The notes under the pieces were generated by a model. That model did not search any database, was not told the DNA's origin, and saw nothing but the letters and a program-made list of their open reading frames with translations. DNA of 38,344 nt from an uncultured Deferribacteres bacterium. GTDB taxonomy: Bacteria > Zhuqueibacterota > Zhuqueibacteria > Zhuqueibacterales > Geothermadaptataceae. A program made the translations under genes and the position numbers. Positions 1 through 8,282 of this stretch are shown piece by piece (position 1 is the first letter of the stretch; every line of letters starts with the position of its first letter). Location of the stretch: assembly GCA_964014485.1 (NCBI GenBank), contig CAXHAT010000066.1, forward strand, positions 1-38,344. Reading direction: 5' to 3'.

Positions 1-535
1 GCGGATCGTTGGGTTTGCCGTTGAGCAAAATAATCTCAACCGGGCCGCGATGTAGCCGCAAACGCTGGCCGAAAAAGTCCTGGAAAACACGCCGTTGATT
101 CCGCGCGCCGACGTCTTCGTAAATAAAGCCGGGCAGTTCAAAGCCGCGCAAGAGCAGCCCCTTGCCAAAGGTCTCGTAGAAATCTCCCACGCGCAGACCG
201 CCCCAATCCCAATCGCCTTCGACAAACCCTTGGCTGAGCCGGAAAAAATGCTCTTGCGGCATGCCGGGCAGCGCCGTGTCCAATCGCGGCGAGCCAAATG
301 CGTCCAGCCTGACGCCGCTGGTCAAGAAACCCTCGCGGTACTCAAGTGCGACGTCGGTGTAGCCGGAGGGGATGTTGGGCTCGTTCAGCCTTTTGGGGAA
401 ATGGCCGTGACGCATCATGGTAATCGTGCGCACGCTGAGTTGGGCGGCGACAAAATCACTCGAGAACGCAAGCAAGCTAAAAAAAAGAAGCGGGCGCAGT
501 CTGCCGAGAAGTTCTTGAAAAAACATAAAAATCAT
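1..535 (-). CDS. DUF6029-like outer-membrane protein, 3' end runs off the window
   Basis: Not in the ORF track. Manual translation from ATG 535 (ATGA overlap with the TlpA stop) is open to the window edge: MIFMFFQELLGRLRPLLFFSLLAFSSDFVAAQ...LRVGDFYETFGKGLLLRGFE. It has a signal peptide and a GxFYxxFGxGLxLR motif; I recall this family lying downstream of TlpA in FCB genomes. Confidence 0.7.
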   Translation of the reverse strand, partial: MIFMFFQELLGRLRPLLFFSLLAFSSDFVAAQLSVRTITMMRHGHFPKRLNEPNIPSGYTDVALEYREGFLTSGVRLDAFGSPRLDTALPGMPQEHFFRLSQGFVEGDWDWGGLRVGDFYETFGKGLLLRGFELPGFIYEDVGARNQRRVFQDFFGQRLRLHRGPVEIILLNGKPNDP

Positions 536-1032
536 TCCGACGCTTTGGCTTTTTTCTTGAGCTCAGATTCAATCTTCGCGTCAATTTCAGCGAATTTGCT
601 CGGCTTAAAGCCAATGCTTTTTAGCAGGATTTCACGCTCCTGAGAGACGAGAATTGTGGTGGGCAAAAGCTGAACGCCCATGTCGCGCATGACGTCGCCC
701 TTGCTGTCGATCAGGATGGGAAAAGTGACGTTCAGACTTTTAACGAACGGCTTGACTTTGGCTTGATTTCTCGGGCTGTCCGTGTTGATCGCGAGCACGG
801 TGAATCCACGATCCTTGTATTTTTGATGCAATTTTTCCAGCTTCGGAAAAGCTTTGATGCACGGCTTGCACCAGGTCGCCCAAAAATCGATCAGCACAGG
901 GCCATTTTCGAGGTGCTCGGCGAGCGTCGCGTCTTTGTTTTGCAAAGTTTTGAGCCTGAAGTTTTTTGCTTTATCACCATAAAAGGCAAAGCTGAGCATG
1001 ACCGCGAGCGAACCAATGAGCGCTTTTTTCAT
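532..1032 (-). CDS. TlpA/ResA-family thiol:disulfide oxidoreductase
   Basis: DFWATWCKPC thioredoxin motif, LPTTILV cis-Pro loop, N-terminal signal/anchor. Confidence 0.93.
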   Translation of the reverse strand: MKKALIGSLAVMLSFAFYGDKAKNFRLKTLQNKDATLAEHLENGPVLIDFWATWCKPCIKAFPKLEKLHQKYKDRGFTVLAINTDSPRNQAKVKPFVKSLNVTFPILIDSKGDVMRDMGVQLLPTTILVSQEREILLKSIGFKPSKFAEIDAKIESELKKKAKASE

Positions 1033-1070
1033 AATTTTTATCCGTCCATCCGATAGTTCAGTTTATATAA

Positions 1071-1310
1071 CTGATGTTACGCAGGCATCGTTTGACACGC
1101 GCGATCTGAGTCCGAGGGCAACTTTTGATTCTCATTAGCTCCGCTCTTCAGAGCGGAGATTTCTAAGACGGCCACCCATCTCTTCCGCCGCGCTGGCGCG
1201 GCGGAAGATGGGAAAATGGGCATTTTGCGCATCACCGGGCTGAAGCCCGGCGCTAATGAGACGGCTTTTGTCTCGGGACTCAGGATGTGCGTTGTCGTGC
1301 GTAACATCAG
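1071..1310. mobile_element. MITE, family A (TIR CTGAYGTTACGC), containing a REP-like doublet
   Basis: Perfect 13-bp terminal inverted repeats CTGATGTTACGCA (1071) / TGCGTAACATCAG (ends 1310). A second inner IR CTGAGTCC(C)GAG lies at 1106 and ends at 1283. The same TIR occurs at 6217, 9701/9983 and 21371/21638. No clean TSD at this copy. Confidence 0.75.
1131..1260. repeat. REP-like doublet (CTCATTAGC...GCTAATGAG) with three hairpins
   Basis: CTCATTAGCTCCGCTCTTCAGAGCGGAG, then central hairpin CCCATCTCTTCCGCCGCGCTGGCGCGGCGGAAGATGGG, then CACCGGGCTGAAGCCCGGCGCTAATGAG. A related copy lies at 2990-3121. Confidence 0.75.
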
Positions 1311-1506
1311 TTAATTAATTCAATGGCAAATCGTATCATTCGTTAGTATACATACAAAAATTTTTTCATATTCCAAACTTTCGAAAGTTAAGCGAAATCA
1401 ATTCGTGAAGACGCCCAGGCATTTGTCTTTAGTGGCACGCGCGAAATGGACGGAAAATCGCAGAATCCGTCACCCAAAATATCTAACCGAGAATCAATTT
1501 TAAAAT

Positions 1507-2835
1507 ATGCAGCTTGGCCGACACTTAGACAAGGGCCTGTGGGCGTTGATGAGCAACGTCGCGAAAGCGTTCTACGGGTTCTTTTTCACGCTTTGGCTGA
1601 TGACCGTAACGCCCAAAGAAGCCTGGGGCGTGTTTTTTCTCATCCAGCAAAGCTACATGATTTTGGGGCACTTGGCGATGTCGTTGGCCATGCACCCTTA
1701 CATCAAATTTTTCTATGAAGAGAAGGAAAACCTGGTCACGCTGCAATCCTGCGCGCTGATTCTCTGCGTATCGATTTCGGCGTTGGGCGCGGGTTTCTTT
1801 ATTTTTTCAGCGGAAGCGTTAAGCGTTTGGTTTGAAGTCCCGAATGATCATCAGATTTTCTACTTTGTGCCGCTGCTTTTTCTCGCCTCAGCCGGAAAGC
1901 TGATTTCTAACGAAATTTTTAAAGCGACGCATCAGTTGAAAGAGTTCTTTTTCACGGAAGTCGTCTATTTTTCCGGAAATATCATCATCATTCTTTATCT
2001 GTATTTTTCGCTCGGCGCAATCACCCGCCCGCGTCAAATTCTGGTTCCGATGCTTGTCTCTTACACGCTTTCCTCGCTTTCGGGAATTTGGTTCGCACGA
2101 AAAAGCCTGCGCTGGGGGTTTCGCTTCGATCTGCCGCTGTTTAAAAAAATGTTCAACTTCGGCAAGTACACCGCCGGTACGCTGACCGCTTCCTCCGTCT
2201 ATACCTACGCCGACGTGTACATTGTCGGCCTGTTCGCCAATCCCGAAACGGTTGCGCTTTTGAGCGCCGTCAAGATTGCGGTGCATGGTTTTCAAATGTA
2301 TCGCCAAGCAATGACAATGCTCGGTTTTCCCGTTTTCGCCAGGCTGCACAGTGAGAAGCGAAAAGCGGATCTGAAGGCTTTGTACGAAAAATCCGTCTAT
2401 TACTCGCTGCTTGTTTTGGGCGGGCTTTCAGTCGGGCTCATTCTGTTCGCGGATTTGCTCTTCGATTATGTTTTGACGAAGTATCAGGGCGGCGCAGGCT
2501 TGCTGCGCTTGTATGCCGTCGCGGGGCTGTTTATTGGCTGGCAGGTGGTTGGTGAAGCTTATCTTTACGGCGTTGGCAAAGCCGGAAAGCCGTTTTACGC
2601 GCGCATTTTCGCAGGTGTGCTGAACTTGTTGCTCAACATCGTTCTCGTGCAATGGCTCGACGTTTACGGCGCAATTCTCGCGACCCTCATCACATTCGCT
2701 TTTCTAGCGGCGACCACAACATACTTCGCCCGACAAGAAGTGTCGTTCAGCCTCAAAGGCGTTTTCCAAAGAAGAAAGGACGCGCTGGTTTTTGTGCGTC
2801 AATACTTGCATCGCAGGAAAGATTTGTCAAAATAA
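1507..2835 (+). CDS. Wzx/MOP-family oligosaccharide flippase
   Basis: 442 aa, about 12 hydrophobic segments, and flippase-type motifs (LFKKMFNFG, LNLLLNIVLV..LDVYGAILATLI). Confidence 0.85.
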   Translation: MQLGRHLDKGLWALMSNVAKAFYGFFFTLWLMTVTPKEAWGVFFLIQQSYMILGHLAMSLAMHPYIKFFYEEKENLVTLQSCALILCVSISALGAGFFIFSAEALSVWFEVPNDHQIFYFVPLLFLASAGKLISNEIFKATHQLKEFFFTEVVYFSGNIIIILYLYFSLGAITRPRQILVPMLVSYTLSSLSGIWFARKSLRWGFRFDLPLFKKMFNFGKYTAGTLTASSVYTYADVYIVGLFANPETVALLSAVKIAVHGFQMYRQAMTMLGFPVFARLHSEKRKADLKALYEKSVYYSLLVLGGLSVGLILFADLLFDYVLTKYQGGAGLLRLYAVAGLFIGWQVVGEAYLYGVGKAGKPFYARIFAGVLNLLLNIVLVQWLDVYGAILATLITFAFLAATTTYFARQEVSFSLKGVFQRRKDALVFVRQYLHRRKDLSK

Positions 2836-2877
2836 CAGTAGAGTTCATGCGTTAATTTTTTTGGATAAGATTAACAT

Positions 2878-3167
2878 CCGACATTCCGTTCGTCAATTGT
2901 CGCATTTGAAATCATTTGTTGAAAGAGCGCTTTTTCGACAATTTTGGTTCGACTGCAAGGCATCTTTTGCGTCTAATGAGATTCCGCCTCTCATTAGCTC
3001 CGGCTTTCAAGCCGGGGGTTTGGTAAAATCATACTTTTCTTCTCCCCGTTGCGCAAGCGCGGCGGGGAAAAGGGGGGGGAAGGACGCTCTTGTCACTGCC
3101 CTGAAGGGCGGCGCTAATGGGAGGAAGAAATGACTTCCATCTCCAATTCTTGTGTTCGGAATGTCGG
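2878..3167. mobile_element. MITE, family B (TIR CCGACATTCCG, IS1634-like ends) with 6-bp TSD
   Basis: Perfect 11-bp TIR CCGACATTCCG / CGGAATGTCGG, flanked on both sides by TAACAT (2872-2877 and 3168-3173). Contains the CTCATTAGC REP doublet at 2990-3121. Confidence 0.8.
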
Positions 3168-3295
3168 TAACATAATTGACGGGATTCATCACAACTTAAG
3201 CCGCTGAATCGTTTGTCCGTGCTGTGAGCTTATACCGAATTCGTCTGATCGCATTATCCGGTTGATCCAGTAAATCCGGTCAAAGAACATCTCTA

Positions 3296-3487
3296 CCTGA
3301 CACTTATTTGTAAACAGCATTTTCGAACCATTGAAAGGTCCCGATTTTGTCATTCTGAAGGAATCTTTGTTATCGCCCAGTACAGATCATGCTCAAAAGT
3401 TCAAGGGTCGGATCAAAAAAGATGCTTACAGCATAACAATTCCGGCCTTTTTCGCCAGTTTTAGAAGTCTATACAAAAAGTGTCAGG
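3296..3487. mobile_element. MITE-like element, family C (TIR CCTGACACTT(A)TTTGTA)
   Basis: CCTGACACTTATTTGTAAAC at 3296 versus GTCTATACAAAAAGTGTCAGG ending at 3487. Internal degenerate IR TGTCATTCTGAAGGAATCT (3348) / AGATGCTTACAGCATAACA (ends 3438). Confidence 0.6.
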
Positions 3488-3536
3488 CAGTGAACTAAAA
3501 AACAGCCTTTTAACCTGGATAATACCCCCGAGCACA

Positions 3537-4097
3537 ATGAAACGTTTTTTCCCTGTCTTTTTGCTCGCCGCCCTTTTGCTTTTACTCTGCACAACAACTG
3601 TTGCGCAAACTTCAAAATCCGTATCTTCATTGGGCGTCAAGTTGCAAGCCTATCCCGCCGGTCTCATTCCAACCGTTTCTTACACAAAAAGCGTCTCCCC
3701 GAATAACACACTAACGTTTTACGCCGCGTATAATGCCACCGACCGTCAGGATTTTGGCGAGCACGACAATGAGGAAGGCGGGGGGGCGGGATTCGGCGCG
3801 AGTTGGCGCTATTACTTTGGGCAAAGACACAACGGTTTTCACCTCGGCGCGCGCGTCGACCTCTGGTTTTTGGAAATCGATTGGCTGGATGAAAGTCCGG
3901 TGCGTGCAGGCGTGACGGAAATCACGGTTCTGCAACCGACGGCGCAGGTCGGGTACACAAAATTATTCTCAAACGACCGCATTGCGGCCCGCGCCGTTGT
4001 TGCGCTTGGCGCGGAAATCAATATTGAAACGAAGGGCGAGGCCGTCGGCGAGGGCGCCATTTTGCTGTTTGGACTGGGTGCGAGTTATCGCTTTTAA
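3537..4097 (+). CDS. Outer-membrane beta-barrel protein
   Basis: Likely start ATG 3537 (MKRFFPVFLLAALLLLLCTTTVAQ signal peptide). Alternating amphipathic strands and a C-terminal GASYRF barrel signature. Confidence 0.8.
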   Translation: MKRFFPVFLLAALLLLLCTTTVAQTSKSVSSLGVKLQAYPAGLIPTVSYTKSVSPNNTLTFYAAYNATDRQDFGEHDNEEGGGAGFGASWRYYFGQRHNGFHLGARVDLWFLEIDWLDESPVRAGVTEITVLQPTAQVGYTKLFSNDRIAARAVVALGAEINIETKGEAVGEGAILLFGLGASYRF

Positions 4098-4142
4098 TGA
4101 TGAAGAAGTTTTTTGCAGAGCAATAATCGGAGGGAATCGATC

Positions 4143-5948
4143 ATGTTCCGTTTTTCAAAAAAGACGCTATTCTTCGGCGCATTTTGCATCTGTTTTTGCA
4201 ACGCTTCAAAAACAGCGTTTGCACAGCAAGAACAAGTCGATCTGATTTTGCACAACGCCTTTGTCTGGACGGTGGACGCAACCCAACCGCAGGCGGAGGC
4301 CGTCGCCGTCAGAGGCAAAAAAATCATCCGCGTTGGTAATAATGCGGAGGTCTTAAAATTGCGCAGCGAGAATACGCGCGTCATCGACTTAAACGGCGCA
4401 TTTGTCACGCCGGGTTTCAACGACAACCACGTTCATTCCGCCAGCGCAACACGTTTTTTCTGGAATATTCAACTCATGGACGTGCATAGCGACGCGGCGT
4501 TCCTTGAGAGAGTAAAAGCGTATGTGCAAGAGCGCCCGGGCGAACCGATTCGGGGCGGCGGTTGGGGCGCTTACGAGCAATGGGAAGTCGGCGCCAGCAA
4601 ATCGGACGGCAAAACAAAACTCTGGACGCCCGATCGAAAACTCATTGACGCAGTCACCGGCGATACGCCGATGTTCATCAATAAATTCGACGGCTCGATG
4701 TTCTTTGCCAACACCAAAGCGCTGCGCAACGCGGGCATACCAGAAGACGCGACCGACGCCGACGACATTGAGCATGTTCGTGACGAAGCCGGGCGTTTGA
4801 CCGGCGCCATGCGGATCAAGAATCGTCGCAGGCTCAGCGAATTGACCGAAAAATTTCTCGGCGGATCGCAAACGCCGGATTTGGCAAAACGCATTAAAAT
4901 GACCCAAAATGCGCTCGACGTTGTGCGTGCGGCAGGCGTGACTTCGTTCCAGGATATGTCCGATCACGAGCAATTACAGATTTACAATGTTCTGCTGGAT
5001 CGCGGAGAATTGTCTGCGCGGGTGAATTTTCGCTACGGCCTTGAGTATTGGAAAGAAATGAAAGCGCTGGGCGTCAAGCGCGGCTCCGGCAATGAAATGA
5101 TTCGCCTCGGTGCGGTGAAGGGCCACATCGACGGCATCATGGGCACGTCCTCGGCGCGTTTTTATGATCCGTACGACAGCGATCCCGACGGCAAGAATCG
5201 CGGCAGGTGGCGCAGGCTGACCTGGGTTTCACCGGAACAGCCGGCCGAGCTCAATCGCGGCCCGTTCACGCAAATGATGATCGACGCAGACGCGGCGGAC
5301 ATTCAAGTCACCGTCCACGCTATCGGCGACGAGGCGAACGGCGTGATGCTCGACATGATTGAGGCAATGACGCGCGCAAACGGCCCGAAAGACCGACGGA
5401 TGCGGCTGGTTCACGCACAGGTTTTCTCGCCGCAGGATTTTGCTCGCCTCAACGGCCTCGGGGTCGTAGCAGAAGTGCAGCCTTTTCATTTGAGCGACGA
5501 CATGCGTTGGATGGAAGAACGCATTGGTCACGAGCGCTGCAAGGGCGCGTACGCCTTCAAAACTTTGCGCAATAGCGGCGCGATCTTGAGCTTTGGCAGC
5601 GACTGGCCCGGCACCACGGCCGCCTACTACCCCATCGATCCGGTTTACGGCATTTACGCAGCCGTCACCCGCCAAACGGTACGCAAAGAACCCGCCGCTG
5701 GTTGGTTTCCGGACGAGAGAATCTCGGTTGAAGAAGCGATCAAGGCTTACACTTGGGGATCAAGCTACGCTTCGTTTGAAGAGAATATCAAAGGTTCAAT
5801 CACGGAAGGCAAACTGGCCGATTTGACCATTCTTGACACAAACCTGCTCCAAACCAGTCCGCATGATTGGTTGGATGAAAGAGGCGGGCTCAAGGTAAAA
5901 GTGCTCCACACAATTGTGGGGGGAGAGATTGTTTATTCGAGAGATTAG
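4143..5948 (+). CDS. Secreted amidohydrolase (Amidohydro_3 / YtcJ-like)
   Basis: PGFNDNHVH, VHAIGDEAN, RLVHAQ, FGSDWP and KGSITEGKLADL motifs. RBS GGAGGG precedes ATG 4143; signal peptide present. Confidence 0.92.
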   Translation: MFRFSKKTLFFGAFCICFCNASKTAFAQQEQVDLILHNAFVWTVDATQPQAEAVAVRGKKIIRVGNNAEVLKLRSENTRVIDLNGAFVTPGFNDNHVHSASATRFFWNIQLMDVHSDAAFLERVKAYVQERPGEPIRGGGWGAYEQWEVGASKSDGKTKLWTPDRKLIDAVTGDTPMFINKFDGSMFFANTKALRNAGIPEDATDADDIEHVRDEAGRLTGAMRIKNRRRLSELTEKFLGGSQTPDLAKRIKMTQNALDVVRAAGVTSFQDMSDHEQLQIYNVLLDRGELSARVNFRYGLEYWKEMKALGVKRGSGNEMIRLGAVKGHIDGIMGTSSARFYDPYDSDPDGKNRGRWRRLTWVSPEQPAELNRGPFTQMMIDADAADIQVTVHAIGDEANGVMLDMIEAMTRANGPKDRRMRLVHAQVFSPQDFARLNGLGVVAEVQPFHLSDDMRWMEERIGHERCKGAYAFKTLRNSGAILSFGSDWPGTTAAYYPIDPVYGIYAAVTRQTVRKEPAAGWFPDERISVEEAIKAYTWGSSYASFEENIKGSITEGKLADLTILDTNLLQTSPHDWLDERGGLKVKVLHTIVGGEIVYSRD

Positions 5949-5950
5949 TC

Positions 5951-6217
5951 GGAGCTTGGGAATGGAAATGGGTTCGAAACTCCGGTTTCGAACCAAGGAA
6001 TTGGGACCGTCCAAAAACATAATATTTTTATGGCGTCACGCAACATGTCGTAGGGGTTCAAGATTTTGAACCCCTACATGTGGTATGTCTCTCATTCGGA
6101 AACCATGTTTTGGGACACCCCAGATTCTCGAAAATTAGGTTGACGGTAATGCGTTTCCGCAGCACTACTGACGTTAATAATTGGTTGCTGTATGATAGAG
6201 CTGGCGCGTAACATCAG
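5951..6217 (-). mobile_element. Truncated family-A MITE, inverted copy of 9701-9983, with a nested family-D MITE
   Basis: 6131-6217 aligns with the reverse complement of 9701-9785, and 5951-6003 with the reverse complement of ~9856-9908. Only one TIR (GCGCGTAACATCAG) is retained. Confidence 0.75.
6003..6121. mobile_element. MITE, family D (~120 bp, IS1182-like ends) carrying a GTAG-type REP
   Basis: GGGACCGTCCAAAAAC...GTTTTGGGACACCCC with central GTAGGGGTTCAAGATTTTGAACCCCTAC (6050-6077). An inverted homologue lies at 21485-21604. Confidence 0.75.
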
Positions 6218-6242
6218 CAACTTATACTCATTGCAGCCAAGT

Positions 6243-7355
6243 CTAAAACCTCCCGCCTAATTTCCGCAGCCGTCTCAGGAGCTCACCGTTCGTCTTTGAT
6301 TCATCGACAAGTCGCAGCAATTTTTGCATGACTTCCTTTGATGGCAATTCCGAAAGTCCGCGCCGCAATCTAGCGATAACTTCGGCGTCTTCCGATTCGT
6401 AGAGCAGTTCTTCCCGTCGCGTGCCGCTGGAATTGAGATTGATGGCCGGGAAAATCCGTGAGTCGGCGAGAGAGCGATCAAGCACGATTTCATGGTTGCC
6501 TGTGCCCTTAAATTCCTCGAAAATCAGGCTGTCCATCCGCGAGCCCGTCTCTACCAAAACGGTTGCGATTACGGTGACCGAGCCGCCGTTTTCAATATTG
6601 CGCGCCTGCCCGAAAAATCTGCGCGGTATTTCCAGCGCCGTTGCATCGAGCCCGCCGCTCATGGTTCTGCCCGCTCCCGCGCTGTACAAATTGAAGGCGC
6701 GAGACAGCCTTGTAATGGTGTCAACCAGCACCACCACGTCCCTGCCGCATTCCAATTCACACCGAATTTGGGCCAAGGTCAACTCGGTCAAATTCACGTG
6801 CGATTCCATCGTTTGATCGCTGGAGCTTGCCAACACTTCGGCCTTGACGCTGCGGCGAAAGTGAGTGACTTCTTCCGGACGTTCGTCGATCAGCAAAACA
6901 ACAATGCGCGCCTCAGGCTCGGTCTCGTGAATGGCGTTGGCCAACTCTTCCAAAATTCGCGTCTTGCCAGACTTCGGCGGCGCGACGATCAGGCCGCGCG
7001 AGCCTTTCCCGATCGGCGCCAGCAACTCAACGATGCGCATCGTCACGTTTCCTCCCTCGCCCAAACGAAAACGCTCGGTCGGGCTAATCGCGGTCAGACG
7101 TTCGAAAGGTTCGCGCGAGCGAAAATCTTCCGGCGACATGCCGCAGATCGTCTCAACGTCTGTGAGTTGAAAACCCCGTTTCGTTTGCTCCATTTCACCA
7201 ACGACGGACGCGCCTTCGACCAGCCCGAATTGCTTGATGACTTTTGAAGAGACCCAAGCGTCTTGCGGGGTTTGTTGAAACGAATATTTGGGATTGCGTA
7301 AAAAGCCGCCGCCCTGCCTGAGAAATTGCAGTACGCCCTGAGTAGGTTCGGACAT
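6243..7355 (-). CDS. rho: Transcription termination factor Rho, short form lacking the Rho_N helical domain
   Basis: APIGKGSRGLIVAPPKSGKT (Walker A), LLIDERPEEVT, FFGQARNIENGGSVT, FEEFKGTGN and SSGTRREELL. The protein begins directly at the RNA-binding OB domain. Confidence 0.93.
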   Translation of the reverse strand: MSEPTQGVLQFLRQGGGFLRNPKYSFQQTPQDAWVSSKVIKQFGLVEGASVVGEMEQTKRGFQLTDVETICGMSPEDFRSREPFERLTAISPTERFRLGEGGNVTMRIVELLAPIGKGSRGLIVAPPKSGKTRILEELANAIHETEPEARIVVLLIDERPEEVTHFRRSVKAEVLASSSDQTMESHVNLTELTLAQIRCELECGRDVVVLVDTITRLSRAFNLYSAGAGRTMSGGLDATALEIPRRFFGQARNIENGGSVTVIATVLVETGSRMDSLIFEEFKGTGNHEIVLDRSLADSRIFPAINLNSSGTRREELLYESEDAEVIARLRRGLSELPSKEVMQKLLRLVDESKTNGELLRRLRKLGGRF

Positions 7356-7381
7356 GAGTTTGAATCCTGCTTTGAATGAGG

Positions 7382-7445
7382 GGAGTGGTGGAATATTGGA
7401 TTGGCGGAGCTTTGAATACCATCAATCCAAAACGCCATTATTCCA
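7382..7445. repeat. 8-bp periodic inverted repeat
   Basis: GGA at 7382, 7390, 7398 and 7406, mirrored by CCA at 7419, 7427, 7435 and 7443. Confidence 0.6.
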
Positions 7446-7510
7446 GTGTTGTATGCAAATTTAGTGAAGTTTTGTTGCTTGCCGTTCACCTTGATTCTTT
7501 CTGACGGACG

Positions 7511-8278
7511 CTATCTCGCGCAAGTCAGGTGCCGCCCGCCGTCGACGCTCAAAGTTTCTCCAGTGATCCAGCCCGATTTAGATGAGGCAAGATAGAGAAT
7601 CGCTTCCGCAATATCTTCCACATTACCAACCCGGCCTAGCGGGTGCGTAGTTTTGCTATGCTCAAGGAATTTCGCATAGTTTTCGTCGTCCATGCCGCCG
7701 CGCTTGTGCAGATTTGTGACAACAACGCCCGGATTTACGGCATTGACGCGCACGCCTTTCGGAGCCAGGTCCAAAGCTGCGCAACGCGTCAGTTGATCAA
7801 CCCCGGCTTTGCTGACGCAGTAAGCCAAGACATTGGGAAAAGCGCGCAAACCAGTCACGCTGGAAACATTCACAATCGCGCCTTTGGTTTTTTCGAGATG
7901 CGGGGCGGCTGCGTGCATCAAGTAATAGGTCGCGTCCAAATTGACGCGCATCATTTCATGCCAGGCTTCCGGCGACGTGCTCGTGATCGAGCCGTTTGCG
8001 ATAATCCCCGCAGCGTGAGCAAGAACGTCCAGCCTGCCGAAATGATTGACGGCGGAGCGGATGACTTTTTCGCAAGCCTCAAAAGACGTTAAATCAGCTT
8101 CGACAAGAGTCGCTTCGCCGCCGCTGCTTCGAATATGCGAAGACACGGATTTTAGCGGAGCGTTTTGCCGACCGGTTAAAACGACTTTCGCGCCCTGTCT
8201 GGCAAATAGTTTCGCGGTCTCCATGCCAACGCCGCTTGAAGCGCCGGTTACTACCGCAATTTTATCTTTTAATTCCAT
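7511..8278 (-). CDS. SDR-family oxidoreductase
   Basis: TGASSGVG, YCVSK catalytic motif and NAVNPG. Likely start ATG 8278 (MELKDK), just after the upstream stop. Confidence 0.93.
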   Translation of the reverse strand: MELKDKIAVVTGASSGVGMETAKLFARQGAKVVLTGRQNAPLKSVSSHIRSSGGEATLVEADLTSFEACEKVIRSAVNHFGRLDVLAHAAGIIANGSITSTSPEAWHEMMRVNLDATYYLMHAAAPHLEKTKGAIVNVSSVTGLRAFPNVLAYCVSKAGVDQLTRCAALDLAPKGVRVNAVNPGVVVTNLHKRGGMDDENYAKFLEHSKTTHPLGRVGNVEDIAEAILYLASSKSGWITGETLSVDGGRHLTCAR

Positions 8279-8282
8279 CAAC

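Noticed and set aside
95..643. 182-aa plus-strand ORF
   Set aside because: Antisense shadow of the TlpA and DUF6029-like genes; no motifs.
6050..6077. Integron attC site or simple terminator
   Set aside because: No RYYYAAC/GTTRRRY boxes, no integrase and no U-tract; it fits a GTAG REP inside a MITE.
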